Shown piece by piece: positions 1-9,094 of a stretch of DNA of 64,000 bases (its first letter is position 1; each line of letters begins with the position of its first letter). This DNA comes from Schizochytrium sp. TIO01 (Eukaryota > Protista > Bigyra: Labyrinthulomycetes), in contig SMSO01000004.1 in the NCBI GenBank assembly GCA_004764695.1, forward strand, positions 1,178,001 to 1,242,000. The letters run 5' to 3'. The translations under genes were made by a program, and so were the position numbers. A model generated the notes under the pieces. It saw nothing but the letters and a program-made list of their open reading frames with translations. It was not told where the DNA came from and ran no database searches.

Positions 1-2258
1 GTTAACAATAGAAAGTCAACACATGTATCCAGGCACATTATTACCTCGCAAGCGTTGTCGCACAATCTACAATGTTTTGCGCTCTTCAATATAGTAAATT
101 AAGATCTTCTACAGCGCCACCCGCTTCGCGATGCTTCCTGACTTGTAGTTTTTGATATGCACATCATTTAAGATTTGCTCGAGCATCGATGATGCTAATT
201 GCCACCTTTGGGGGGTTCATCATAAATGCAGCAGATCTGAGAATGTAAGCTTTCTTGATAATGGAGCTCAAACTTGAATATGAACATGACCACTCATTCA
301 TACACTATTCAACGTCTTTCGACAAATAACTCGAGGAGAAAAGTCCTCACTCTCGAGGAACTCGTGCCCCTCTCATCGCCACTGTCTGCTTACTCTAGTC
401 TCGCCCCCCTCACAAACCTCAAATAATCGATCTTCATGAAAAACCTCCCTCTAAATACACTGCAATAACCTAGAGGAAATCAGCGACAGAGGTAATTATA
501 GGTTTCCAGTCCCAAAATTGAGTGAAACACTTCTGAGTCCCTCACATAATCACTATAAATCCTCCTTTTAAAATATCTCCAGTTTCTTCGAGTTCTCTGA
601 TCTGCTAGTAGAAAGTGTAGAGATAGTTCTACCCTATATTTTTAAAACTATAAAAAAATCACTAGTATTATTTATTTCTTTACATGGTACTACCAATAAT
701 CATAACACTACAAATAAAACGTTTAATTCAATTTAAAATCTTTGCGTGAAGAGTCTTTCGTGGAAAGGCACGCGGCAGAGTCAGTCGAATGTCGCCTTTC
801 GATCCTAGATTGAGATATTGACAACGACCACAGTCTCCTCTGGAAGCCCAAATAACTTAAGCAAAGGGTGTATCTCTTCCTTAGGAAAAGCAGCGAGTTG
901 CTTGGGTTTTGGACATTGGAATTGCGCTGGATTTTAACTAACCTCTGCCTCGTTTTGAGCGAGAAAGATGCATTTAAAAAAAAAAAAAAGAATTATATTT
1001 TTAATATGAAAGAATAAAAAGTAGGTATTTAGACTTAGTAAAGAGTAGCAGCAAAGAAACAAAGAAACCTCCTCCCCTAACATGTATGTGTCGAGCTCTT
1101 TCGTTTTGTAGATAATCATGGGTAGATGTTATAAAATCTCACGAATTCTTTTCCTCGATACAGACAAATACTTTCTGGAGTGTGGTCTTTATGCGCATTG
1201 CGGACCTCAAGAAGAACTTGCCTGTGCAGTCTTCTCTCATTTTTCTAGGGTGTAGCAGTCAAAAGAGTTCTGCAATGAGCTCTGGCGCCTTCAATTAATG
1301 TTTGTTTATGAATAAGACACCATAAGTACTTAGTAGGTACTTATTGCCTATTGCTGTTTGAAAGATTGAAAGTAATTCTCCTCCTAATTATTTATTGAAT
1401 ACTCTGAATGGTACTCTTCGAGACTAGTACCTACCTACGCACCTATTAGAGTTCTTCAAGTTTTCTTTACCTTGATTAGTTCTTGGAAAGAAAAGCGTTT
1501 TTAATTCAAAAGAACTTGAAAAGAAAAGATCATCTTTGGCCAATTTAGTGATTAGAATGAATAGAATAAAGTTCGAGTTTTATGATAATTCTTCTCCGCA
1601 CAATCCATCCGTCGTTCCATCGATCTCTACCTATTCAGACCCGAATTGCGGACAGGCCACCTTTGCAATTGCCAAGATCTCCGAGGACGCAGACCTGAGT
1701 CGCCGCCTACGCTGCGCCGTCTCTGGTCTGGTTCGCTTCCTCTTGGGACGCCTAAACGAAGAAAGGTTTGATTGGGTTTGTTTGGGTTTGATTGGAATTG
1801 TTTAGGTTGTCTGGGAAAGTTCAAGTGCAAGCGACAAAGGCGAGGACAGTTGACATAACCTAGTTGCGTGTGAGTCGCCGGGTAACAAGAACCTACGTGC
1901 GTGAATTGCCTAAAGCTCTCTGTCTTTCAACCAGACCTTTCCATCAGAACTGTCTGCAAATCAACGATTGCTACTGCACTAGTCGTAGACCCATTCGGTC
2001 CACAAGGCCCTCTTCTTAATTGAAGCGCGCTAGGTTGTGTTGGAACTGAGATTATATTCAAATTCGGGCTCTGCATTGTTACACCGTGTCACCTAGAAAG
2101 TTCACCGAAGGCGAACTTATCGGGATTTAGCTGTGCCTGAGTGAGATCGTTGCTACAGAAGAAACTCTAGCGAGGAAGCATCAGCAATATTGTGCATTTA
2201 GACATAGCTAGACACTCCCTCAAACCTAGTGCACCTTAGCTTCCTAGCGGTAATTGCA

Positions 2259-5200
2259 ATGGGGGCCGCCCTAGGTGGAGGCGACGCAAGGGCGTCCAGG
2301 CGCTCTCGAGGAAACCTTTTAGGCGAGAGTATGTCCACAGCCCCTGGTAACTTTGAAAGGCCACAGTTAGGTCCCTTAAGCTACCGTGACCACAACCATG
2401 CGATCCCTGATCTTGAACATATACTCCTGATGCATGAGGAGTTTATGTCACAAAACACTTCACGACTTGCTCGCAATTTAGCTGCACACAACCAAGGTCC
2501 TGTCCGCTCAAACGTAGACACTAAGCAAATGCGCCTGTACAGAATGCAGGCACGCTCATCAGAAGCTATCCAGTCAGTATCACGGAGAAATGTACTCCCT
2601 CTTGGCGTCCCACGCAGGCCTACTGTTAGTGCCATCCCTACTGAAATTGCTCACTCTGCTCAATCCTCATCTTTTCAAGCAAAGTCTGTGAGTAGGCCAC
2701 TACTTCTCGCTAATAACAGTAACCAACGAACAACGCGCTCCGCGTCTGCCATCTCATCACGGTCACCATTCGAATCGGAAAATGACTATATTCGTCCTTC
2801 TGCAGAGACCTTACTTGCAGTTCAAGATGATGACCTCGTATCCAACCCTCTCTCACTCGTTGAACTCTGCCTGCGTACACTTTGCCAACACACTGATCAA
2901 TGGGTAGGTTCTGACGGCGCCCCACGTATCAATCTAAAGGCTATGCCTTGCGAAGCGCTCTTGCAGCTCTTTGATATGGTACGGAAACACAAATTACTGC
3001 GGGAAGACATACTCGCTGCTTTCCACCGATGCGAAATTCACGAAGTACGCCTCGCACAATATCCCGGACTTTCTGATAGCTGGCTCCCGGACATGACTCT
3101 CCTAGTTGGCCTTCGGGTTCTAGATCTTTCTCACTGTACACTTATCACAGACGATGGATTCCGCAGCATCGGTGCGCTTGGGTTTGGAAAAGGTGCTTTG
3201 CAAGTTCTGAGGCTTGACAGCTGTGTTTCTCTCACGGATGCAAGTGTAGCTTTCGTCGTACATGCTCTCTCCGGTACCCTCCAGGAGCTGAATGTATCAG
3301 GATGCTCGCGTCTTACCGATGCCACTCTTTCAAGGATTGTCCTGGCGAAAGGTCTTCGCACTCTCAATATCAATCGTTGCCAGCTCTTCACTTCGCTGTA
3401 TCTTTGCCAGCTTGGTTTGCTCACCAATCTCCGTTGCCTGAACCTAAGCTTAATTCCCAACGTTGATCATAATGTTCTTGGAGCCTTCCGGCCCTGTGTT
3501 CAAAGGGGCATTCCTTTACTTGTCAATGCCATCGAGCGCTGCTTTGATGCTGCTGAAGGTGATTTCATGGCTCGCATACGCCATACCATGAATATTGACC
3601 CTGTTTTTGAGGATGATGAAACCTATCAAGCTATGGCTACATATTTCGATAATGAATTCGAAGATGAAAATGATGAAGAGGAAGAGGAAGCCGATGAGGA
3701 TGAGGATTTCATTTCAGAAGGGTCTGATGCAGTTGATTTTAGAGATTATGCTGATGGAGATTTCGTACTAGATGAAGATGTAGCATCAGCTGTTACAACA
3801 TCTTCTTCACTTGAAACAATCCCCATGCCCAATATGGCAATGCCTCGTCGGTCTCTCGATTCTATGCATGAGAGTGGTTCTTCTTTCTCCACCCCCACCT
3901 ATGGAACAGGGGCATCACTATCGTCCTCAATGTCATCATCATCATCATTATCATCATCGTTTTTGATGAGCCCAAACACTCATCAACAAGATCCTCAAAA
4001 TGCAAGTCATGAACGCAGTCGTTCACAAAGTACCGTATCCATGGTTCCATCCACCTTTGGTTCTCCTGTATCTGCCTTTTCGCCTCGCCCTTCATTTTCA
4101 ACTTCGCCCCTTTCTGAGAGAGATATAGATGTGTCTGCTGAAAGAATGCAGCCACAAGACTCATCAAGCTTGAACCCAGCAGCGTCCCCAATTACTACGC
4201 CACCCCAGCAATCAGCTTCACCGTCTTCGGATCCGTTCTTCAGACGTGTGCTGCGTCCTCTACGGCCATCTTCTAGATCATTGGGCAGGCATCGAGGCTG
4301 GAAACGTCGCAAATCGCGAGAGCATCGCACTCATAAAGCTCCCACTAGTGGTAAAAATCAAGTTGCGCATGAGCAACGTGGTTCTTCCCACATAAGCAAT
4401 CATTGCGATGTCTCAACAAGGTCAATCTCAACACTGGCTACTGCAACATATGATTTCTACACAATAGTCCTTCAACTCAAAGACGTCCGTTGCAGTGGGT
4501 TATACCACTTGGAGAACTTGGATGTGAGCTATTGCAGCATAGATGATTTAGCAGCAAATCACTTGTCTAGCTTGCGTAATCTTCGCTCTTTAGGTGTTTC
4601 TCAAAACCCAATTACCTCATCTGCGGTGAACTTTCTCACCCGGCTATCAAAACTAGAAGTGCTTGAAGCCGCGCATTGCACTTCCCTTGGTGCTGCCGCA
4701 GCTAGATTGTGCGCAATGCCTCAGATGAGATCGCTCAATCTGGAGTATGTCCCAGTTGTTCGTCTAGTCGATGAAACAAACTTTGAACATCTTCAGGAGC
4801 TGAACCTGTCGAATACAACAACCGATGATCGCACTTTAGCAGTTTTATCAAAGCGGGCCCGGAATCTTGAAATTCTAACACTGGAGGCTTGCCCCATCAG
4901 TGCAGCTGGCCTGGCCCATTTATCATCTCTAGTTCATTTGAAGAAGCTTGATCTTAGCGAATGTACTCTAGATGATGACTCAATGCGCCACGTTTCTGCT
5001 CTTCCTGCATTGGAAAATTTGAATCTCTTTCAATCTGGTGTATCAGATGCTGGTGTACGAGTGCTCGCCCACAGGCTTTACAGCCTCGAGCGTCTTAATA
5101 TTGACACAGGTGACATATCCGATCGCTGTCTGTTGAGGCTCCGCTCACTTCGCAACCTAAGGCATCTCGACCTCTTCGGTGCACGGATAACAGATCGGGG

Positions 5201-5558
5201 TTGCTGCCATCTCATGGCCGCTGGTCTTGCTCACCTTGAATCGCTAGAGATTTGTGGTGGGCTAATTACCAATACTGGTGTAGCTCATCTTTGCTCGATG
5301 CGTGCAAAGCTAAAGCGTCTTAACCTGTCACAAAACTCTGAAATTACTGATGAAGCAGTTAGGGGACTTGCACAAGCCTTCGGAATGAGCATGGTTTCGC
5401 TGTCTTTATCGGGCACGCGCATTACAAAGAAGTCTGTCTCTTTGTTTTACTCTTTTGTATTTCTTGAAGAACTCATTGCCAGGGGCTGCAAGCTTCCCAG
5501 CGACGCACTCTTGAATCTTCGTCAAGGTCTTCCCAACTTGTGGTTTGTGGCCCAGTAA
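2259..5558 (+). CDS. Leucine-rich repeat protein (RNI/AMN1-type LRRs) with a BC-box-like motif; probable cullin-RING ligase substrate receptor
   Basis: Single 1.1-kaa ORF; first ATG is at 2259, after about 670 nt with no ATG. Two blocks of LxxLxLxxCxxLTD repeats are separated by an acidic, Ser-rich insert. LSLVELCLRTL...LKAMPCEALLQL precedes the LRRs. Confidence 0.85.
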   Translation: MGAALGGGDARASRRSRGNLLGESMSTAPGNFERPQLGPLSYRDHNHAIPDLEHILLMHEEFMSQNTSRLARNLAAHNQGPVRSNVDTKQMRLYRMQARSSEAIQSVSRRNVLPLGVPRRPTVSAIPTEIAHSAQSSSFQAKSVSRPLLLANNSNQRTTRSASAISSRSPFESENDYIRPSAETLLAVQDDDLVSNPLSLVELCLRTLCQHTDQWVGSDGAPRINLKAMPCEALLQLFDMVRKHKLLREDILAAFHRCEIHEVRLAQYPGLSDSWLPDMTLLVGLRVLDLSHCTLITDDGFRSIGALGFGKGALQVLRLDSCVSLTDASVAFVVHALSGTLQELNVSGCSRLTDATLSRIVLAKGLRTLNINRCQLFTSLYLCQLGLLTNLRCLNLSLIPNVDHNVLGAFRPCVQRGIPLLVNAIERCFDAAEGDFMARIRHTMNIDPVFEDDETYQAMATYFDNEFEDENDEEEEEADEDEDFISEGSDAVDFRDYADGDFVLDEDVASAVTTSSSLETIPMPNMAMPRRSLDSMHESGSSFSTPTYGTGASLSSSMSSSSSLSSSFLMSPNTHQQDPQNASHERSRSQSTVSMVPSTFGSPVSAFSPRPSFSTSPLSERDIDVSAERMQPQDSSSLNPAASPITTPPQQSASPSSDPFFRRVLRPLRPSSRSLGRHRGWKRRKSREHRTHKAPTSGKNQVAHEQRGSSHISNHCDVSTRSISTLATATYDFYTIVLQLKDVRCSGLYHLENLDVSYCSIDDLAANHLSSLRNLRSLGVSQNPITSSAVNFLTRLSKLEVLEAAHCTSLGAAAARLCAMPQMRSLNLEYVPVVRLVDETNFEHLQELNLSNTTTDDRTLAVLSKRARNLEILTLEACPISAAGLAHLSSLVHLKKLDLSECTLDDDSMRHVSALPALENLNLFQSGVSDAGVRVLAHRLYSLERLNIDTGDISDRCLLRLRSLRNLRHLDLFGARITDRGCCHLMAAGLAHLESLEICGGLITNTGVAHLCSMRAKLKRLNLSQNSEITDEAVRGLAQAFGMSMVSLSLSGTRITKKSVSLFYSFVFLEELIARGCKLPSDALLNLRQGLPNLWFVAQ

Positions 5559-5830
5559 TTCATATTAATGTATAAAATAATCGATAAATAGATACTGCTC
5601 TTTACGGCGAAATTGGACATTTGTAGATGACGCGGTGTCCTGCTTTCTTGTATTTTGAAATATTTCATTGGTGAATACCCGATTTCCATGGTATTATAGG
5701 ATGATACAACTAAAATATGTTCTCAAATTAAGGTCAATCTTAGCTTCTAAAAATGACTGTAATTGGTTCATTGACTAAATATATACTTGTGCATTCTACA
5801 CGCAGTTTGCTGTAACAAGAAATCTAATTT

Positions 5831-6244
5831 TCAAAATGCTAGATCTTCGTGTGGGGCAGATTTGACGGCATGACCGGACTCCGTTTTACACGCGCCTCCC
5901 ATGCAAGATGAGGCATCCAAAGAAGTCCTCAAATTTCTAAACTCGCATTTACCACCGTGACAAGTTGGGTACTCAGAAGCATCAAAGATGCAGTTTCCGC
6001 CTTTACATGAAGGCCGAAAACAGTTTGTCATTGTGCATCGCCCACCAACACATGACACGGGCTCCTCGCAATTTTCAAAGTGGCATCCACCGCCATCGCA
6101 AGACCTTTTTTCACAGGCGGTGGCAACCAACCTGCGATGTTCCTTTGACGCCTTCATTTTCACGGCCAGGCATGGGGCAGGAGTCAGCGCAGCAAGCAAC
6201 GTTGCCAATATGATGAGAGAAATCGTTCTTGAGCGTAAAATCAT
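5831..6244 (-). CDS. Small secreted Cys-rich protein with five CxGGxC repeats
   Basis: ATG at 6244 gives a signal peptide (MILRSRTISLIILATLLAALTPAPCLA). Repeats are SCDGGGC, SCVGGRC, SCKGGNC, TCHGGKC and SCMGGAC, with a period of about 15 aa. Confidence 0.75.
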   Translation of the reverse strand: MILRSRTISLIILATLLAALTPAPCLAVKMKASKEHRRLVATACEKRSCDGGGCHFENCEEPVSCVGGRCTMTNCFRPSCKGGNCIFDASEYPTCHGGKCEFRNLRTSLDASSCMGGACKTESGHAVKSAPHEDLAF

Positions 6245-6648
6245 TGTCTTGGCGCAATTTCCAGTTGAGTGTAGTGTTGTTTTGACTTTGTTCAAGAGCA
6301 GATAGACTCATAAGAAAGGTCCGTTGAGAGACCGCCCCCTTACAGAGACCCAATAATAATGTTCTTTTTAAAATAGTTTCTTAATTTAAAAAATACAGTT
6401 AGTAGGTAGCTAGTAGATAGCTGGTAGGTGGCTGGTACATTTTTTCTACTGTTTATTTTTTATTTTAATTTTTTCTCTAGCTAGAGACTCCTTCATTACA
6501 GGCAACACCATAAAGAAATGAATACAAATTTGACCCAATCAAGCACATGCATGATAAGACTGTACATGAGAATAACTATGGGTTTTGCTAATTCTGTATG
6601 TAAATAACAATAAAAGGTTCATGGAGCATAGCAGCATTATCCCAGCGT

Positions 6649-7908
6649 TTAGGTAAAGTGGTAATAGTGTAAACCTTCAGTGAGCTTGAGGGAGGCTAAG
6701 TTTTCTTCAAACTCACCACCACGATCCATGGCTACACAGCACACAATAGGTGGTTTAGCATCTGTGAAGTGGATAACAGAAAGGTGCTTGACAGGGAGGT
6801 TAGGGTTAAAGTAACCTCGTTTGATCTTTTCGTCGTCAATATCACAAAACCCGCGCACGCGGCCCTGAAATTCTGGGCTCAAATTTTTAATAAAATCTTT
6901 CCCATCTCGACCAGCATTCCAGATGGTGAATTCTGGCCAATGTTTAAGGACTGTTCGCTCCATTGCTTTCGCTTTAATTTGGAATAAAAGTCGACGCGGA
7001 GTTTTGCTGCTCACAGAGCCACTTAGGTGACGGTATTGCAGCAATGGTTTTTCGATCTTATGTAGTAATTTATTTTCGGGGATACCTCTGTCAAGACCAC
7101 TTTCAAAGTGATCGTAATAGAAACGAAGATCTTCGGCTAAAGCAATACTACCATCCTCCTCTTGCTCTTTGTAACCACCAACTCGGTCAAATGTTGATCT
7201 CGTAAGGGCCCAGGTAGGCTGGATCAGAGTAACTTCGCGAAACCGTTGAAGGACAAGCCCACGGGCGTCCAGTTCATTACACCAACGAGTATAACGCTCA
7301 GTAGCATCCTCTGGTATGCGTGTGAAACGCGAACCAACAATTGCGTGAGCAAACTCGCCTTGTAAGGCTTTGACTTGCTCCTCAAGGCGGTTTGGAGCAC
7401 TAACATCGTCTGCATCATGCATACAGAGAATTGATCCTGATGACTGCTTTATGGCGTGGTTTCGAGCTGCACCAGCACCTTGCGCACTAGAGGATGATGA
7501 TACGATGAATGAGAATCGTCCAGAAGGATGCTGCTGGAATTCTTTTTGCCACTTCCTGCAAATTTCCTCGGAACCATCTGTACATCCATCAAGACGCACG
7601 GAGATCTCAATTTCTCCTTCATATGTTTGATGTTTGATGCCTGCAAATGTTTCGTCTAGATAAGCCTCAGTATTGTGCACTGGCATCGCAATCGTGACCT
7701 TTGGAAGCAGGGGCTTTTCACTCTTGTTCTGTACATCATCGCTCTGTGAAAGCGAGGCTGCTCCGTCTGTCATTTTGGATTCAAGCAAGGTCACTTCAGA
7801 TTCACCCTCTTGATTTGCATCTATCTCGAGGCGAGCACGTTTGTGTGTTGGAGAGCCTTGCGAAGCTGGTGCAGTCTCTTTTGCCGCGCTGCCACCTGTT
7901 TCCGCCAT
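6649..7908 (-). CDS. B3GNTL1: GT2 glycosyltransferase, B3GNTL1/QTGAL (queuosine-tRNA galactosyltransferase) orthologue
   Basis: GT2 motifs (MPVHN, DGCTDGS, ARN, DADD, AED). The family-specific C-terminus FTIWNAGRDGK...FCDIDDEKIKRGY...HFTDAKPPIVCCV...GGEFEENLASLKLTEG..YHF matches the recalled human B3GNTL1 pattern. Confidence 0.85.
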   Translation of the reverse strand: MAETGGSAAKETAPASQGSPTHKRARLEIDANQEGESEVTLLESKMTDGAASLSQSDDVQNKSEKPLLPKVTIAMPVHNTEAYLDETFAGIKHQTYEGEIEISVRLDGCTDGSEEICRKWQKEFQQHPSGRFSFIVSSSSSAQGAGAARNHAIKQSSGSILCMHDADDVSAPNRLEEQVKALQGEFAHAIVGSRFTRIPEDATERYTRWCNELDARGLVLQRFREVTLIQPTWALTRSTFDRVGGYKEQEEDGSIALAEDLRFYYDHFESGLDRGIPENKLLHKIEKPLLQYRHLSGSVSSKTPRRLLFQIKAKAMERTVLKHWPEFTIWNAGRDGKDFIKNLSPEFQGRVRGFCDIDDEKIKRGYFNPNLPVKHLSVIHFTDAKPPIVCCVAMDRGGEFEENLASLKLTEGLHYYHFT

Positions 7909-8228
7909 GTCCGCCTGGACGCAGCTTGCTGCAAAACCAGGTCTCTTGTATTTTCTCGATCTTATCCGTAGGCGCTCTTTTCAAAACAAGGACCAAACCT
8001 TACCGCAATCCGCGGGACAGGAATAGCGCTTTGGAAACGATAATGTTGACGTCTTGCTTTTACATAGTGAAAAGAAGTAATGGTGAGTGGTGCTCAATAA
8101 AGTCAAACATGACCTTGTTCAACCTAACGACAACAAGAATAATCAAGGCGATACAATCTAAAACCAAAACGGCAAGCTCCGCGAGTAGAGCTTCGACAAC
8201 CATCGTGTAGACTTGGTGCGAACCTATA
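7909..8228. promoter_or_regulatory. Probable bidirectional promoter between B3GNTL1 and PHAX
   Basis: Head-to-head start codons only 320 bp apart. Confidence 0.5.
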
Positions 8229-8876
8229 ATGGGTGTCGAAGATGAGAATATGACTGAGCAGGAGCTCCAGTCTGAGCTGGAGCGGCTGCAAAATGAGCTA
8301 CGTAGTCTTGAAGACACGGAGCGAGCACTGTCAACAGAGAGCAAGGTGATGGACAAACCTCAAAACGAAATAGAGAATGATCCGAACAGAGACGCGAACA
8401 CACGTGCTGATGTCGAGTTAATGAACACTAAAGAATCGAGTGAAATTGATCGTAAAAATGCAGCCAACGTAGTTGAAAAGAACAAGTGTGTGGATCTGGT
8501 TGAGCGATTTTGTGCTGTGCTTGCAGAACCGAATAAACTCTTTGTTGCGGACATTGTGAATGAGTTGGGTAGTGAGCGCGCAGAAGCTCTTTTGGCGGAG
8601 ACAGAGAAAGTGTTGGCATCGGGCGGTTTGGCAACTGTTGATGGACAACGTAAACGAAGTCCTGGAGGCACCTTCTTCTACCTGGCGAGGGAGCAGATTG
8701 GATCAAAGAGGTTTGCTCGAATGCGTACAGTAGACAGCAGACGCCGTAAACAACAAGCTACGAATGGAACCAAATCTATCCATCGCGCAAATACAGTGTA
8801 TAAAGGTCCTCGGCGTGGTGCGGGCTCTCGGAACCGGCATTATGCAGCCCCACCCAAAGCAAATGTACAAAAGTAG
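8229..8876 (+). CDS. PHAX: PHAX RNA-binding domain protein (phosphorylated adapter for RNA export)
   Basis: LAEPNKLFVADIVNELG...LLAETEKVLASGGLATVDGQRKRSPGGTFFYL matches the PHAX RNA-binding domain signature (RRTPGGVF). Confidence 0.8.
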   Translation: MGVEDENMTEQELQSELERLQNELRSLEDTERALSTESKVMDKPQNEIENDPNRDANTRADVELMNTKESSEIDRKNAANVVEKNKCVDLVERFCAVLAEPNKLFVADIVNELGSERAEALLAETEKVLASGGLATVDGQRKRSPGGTFFYLAREQIGSKRFARMRTVDSRRRKQQATNGTKSIHRANTVYKGPRRGAGSRNRHYAAPPKANVQK

Positions 8877-9094
8877 CACAATCAACTATGCGTGCTTGAT
8901 ATGGCGACCGTCCTCTCCTCCCACATGGGTCCTTACACGAAAATTTCCTGTCTCAAGTCGTAACCATACTTGCTTCAAGTTTGTAAAGGTAAATGATTGA
9001 ATCAATCAAACACATTATTATAATTTTGATTTAGATGTTTTTGGATTTTGTTTGTAATTTAGTGGTATACTGAACAATAACGGGGAGAATCTGC

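Noticed and set aside
1-300. Minus-strand protein-like fragment with stops (MLEQILNDVHIKNYK...)
   Set aside because: Too short and degraded to assign, and cut by the window edge.
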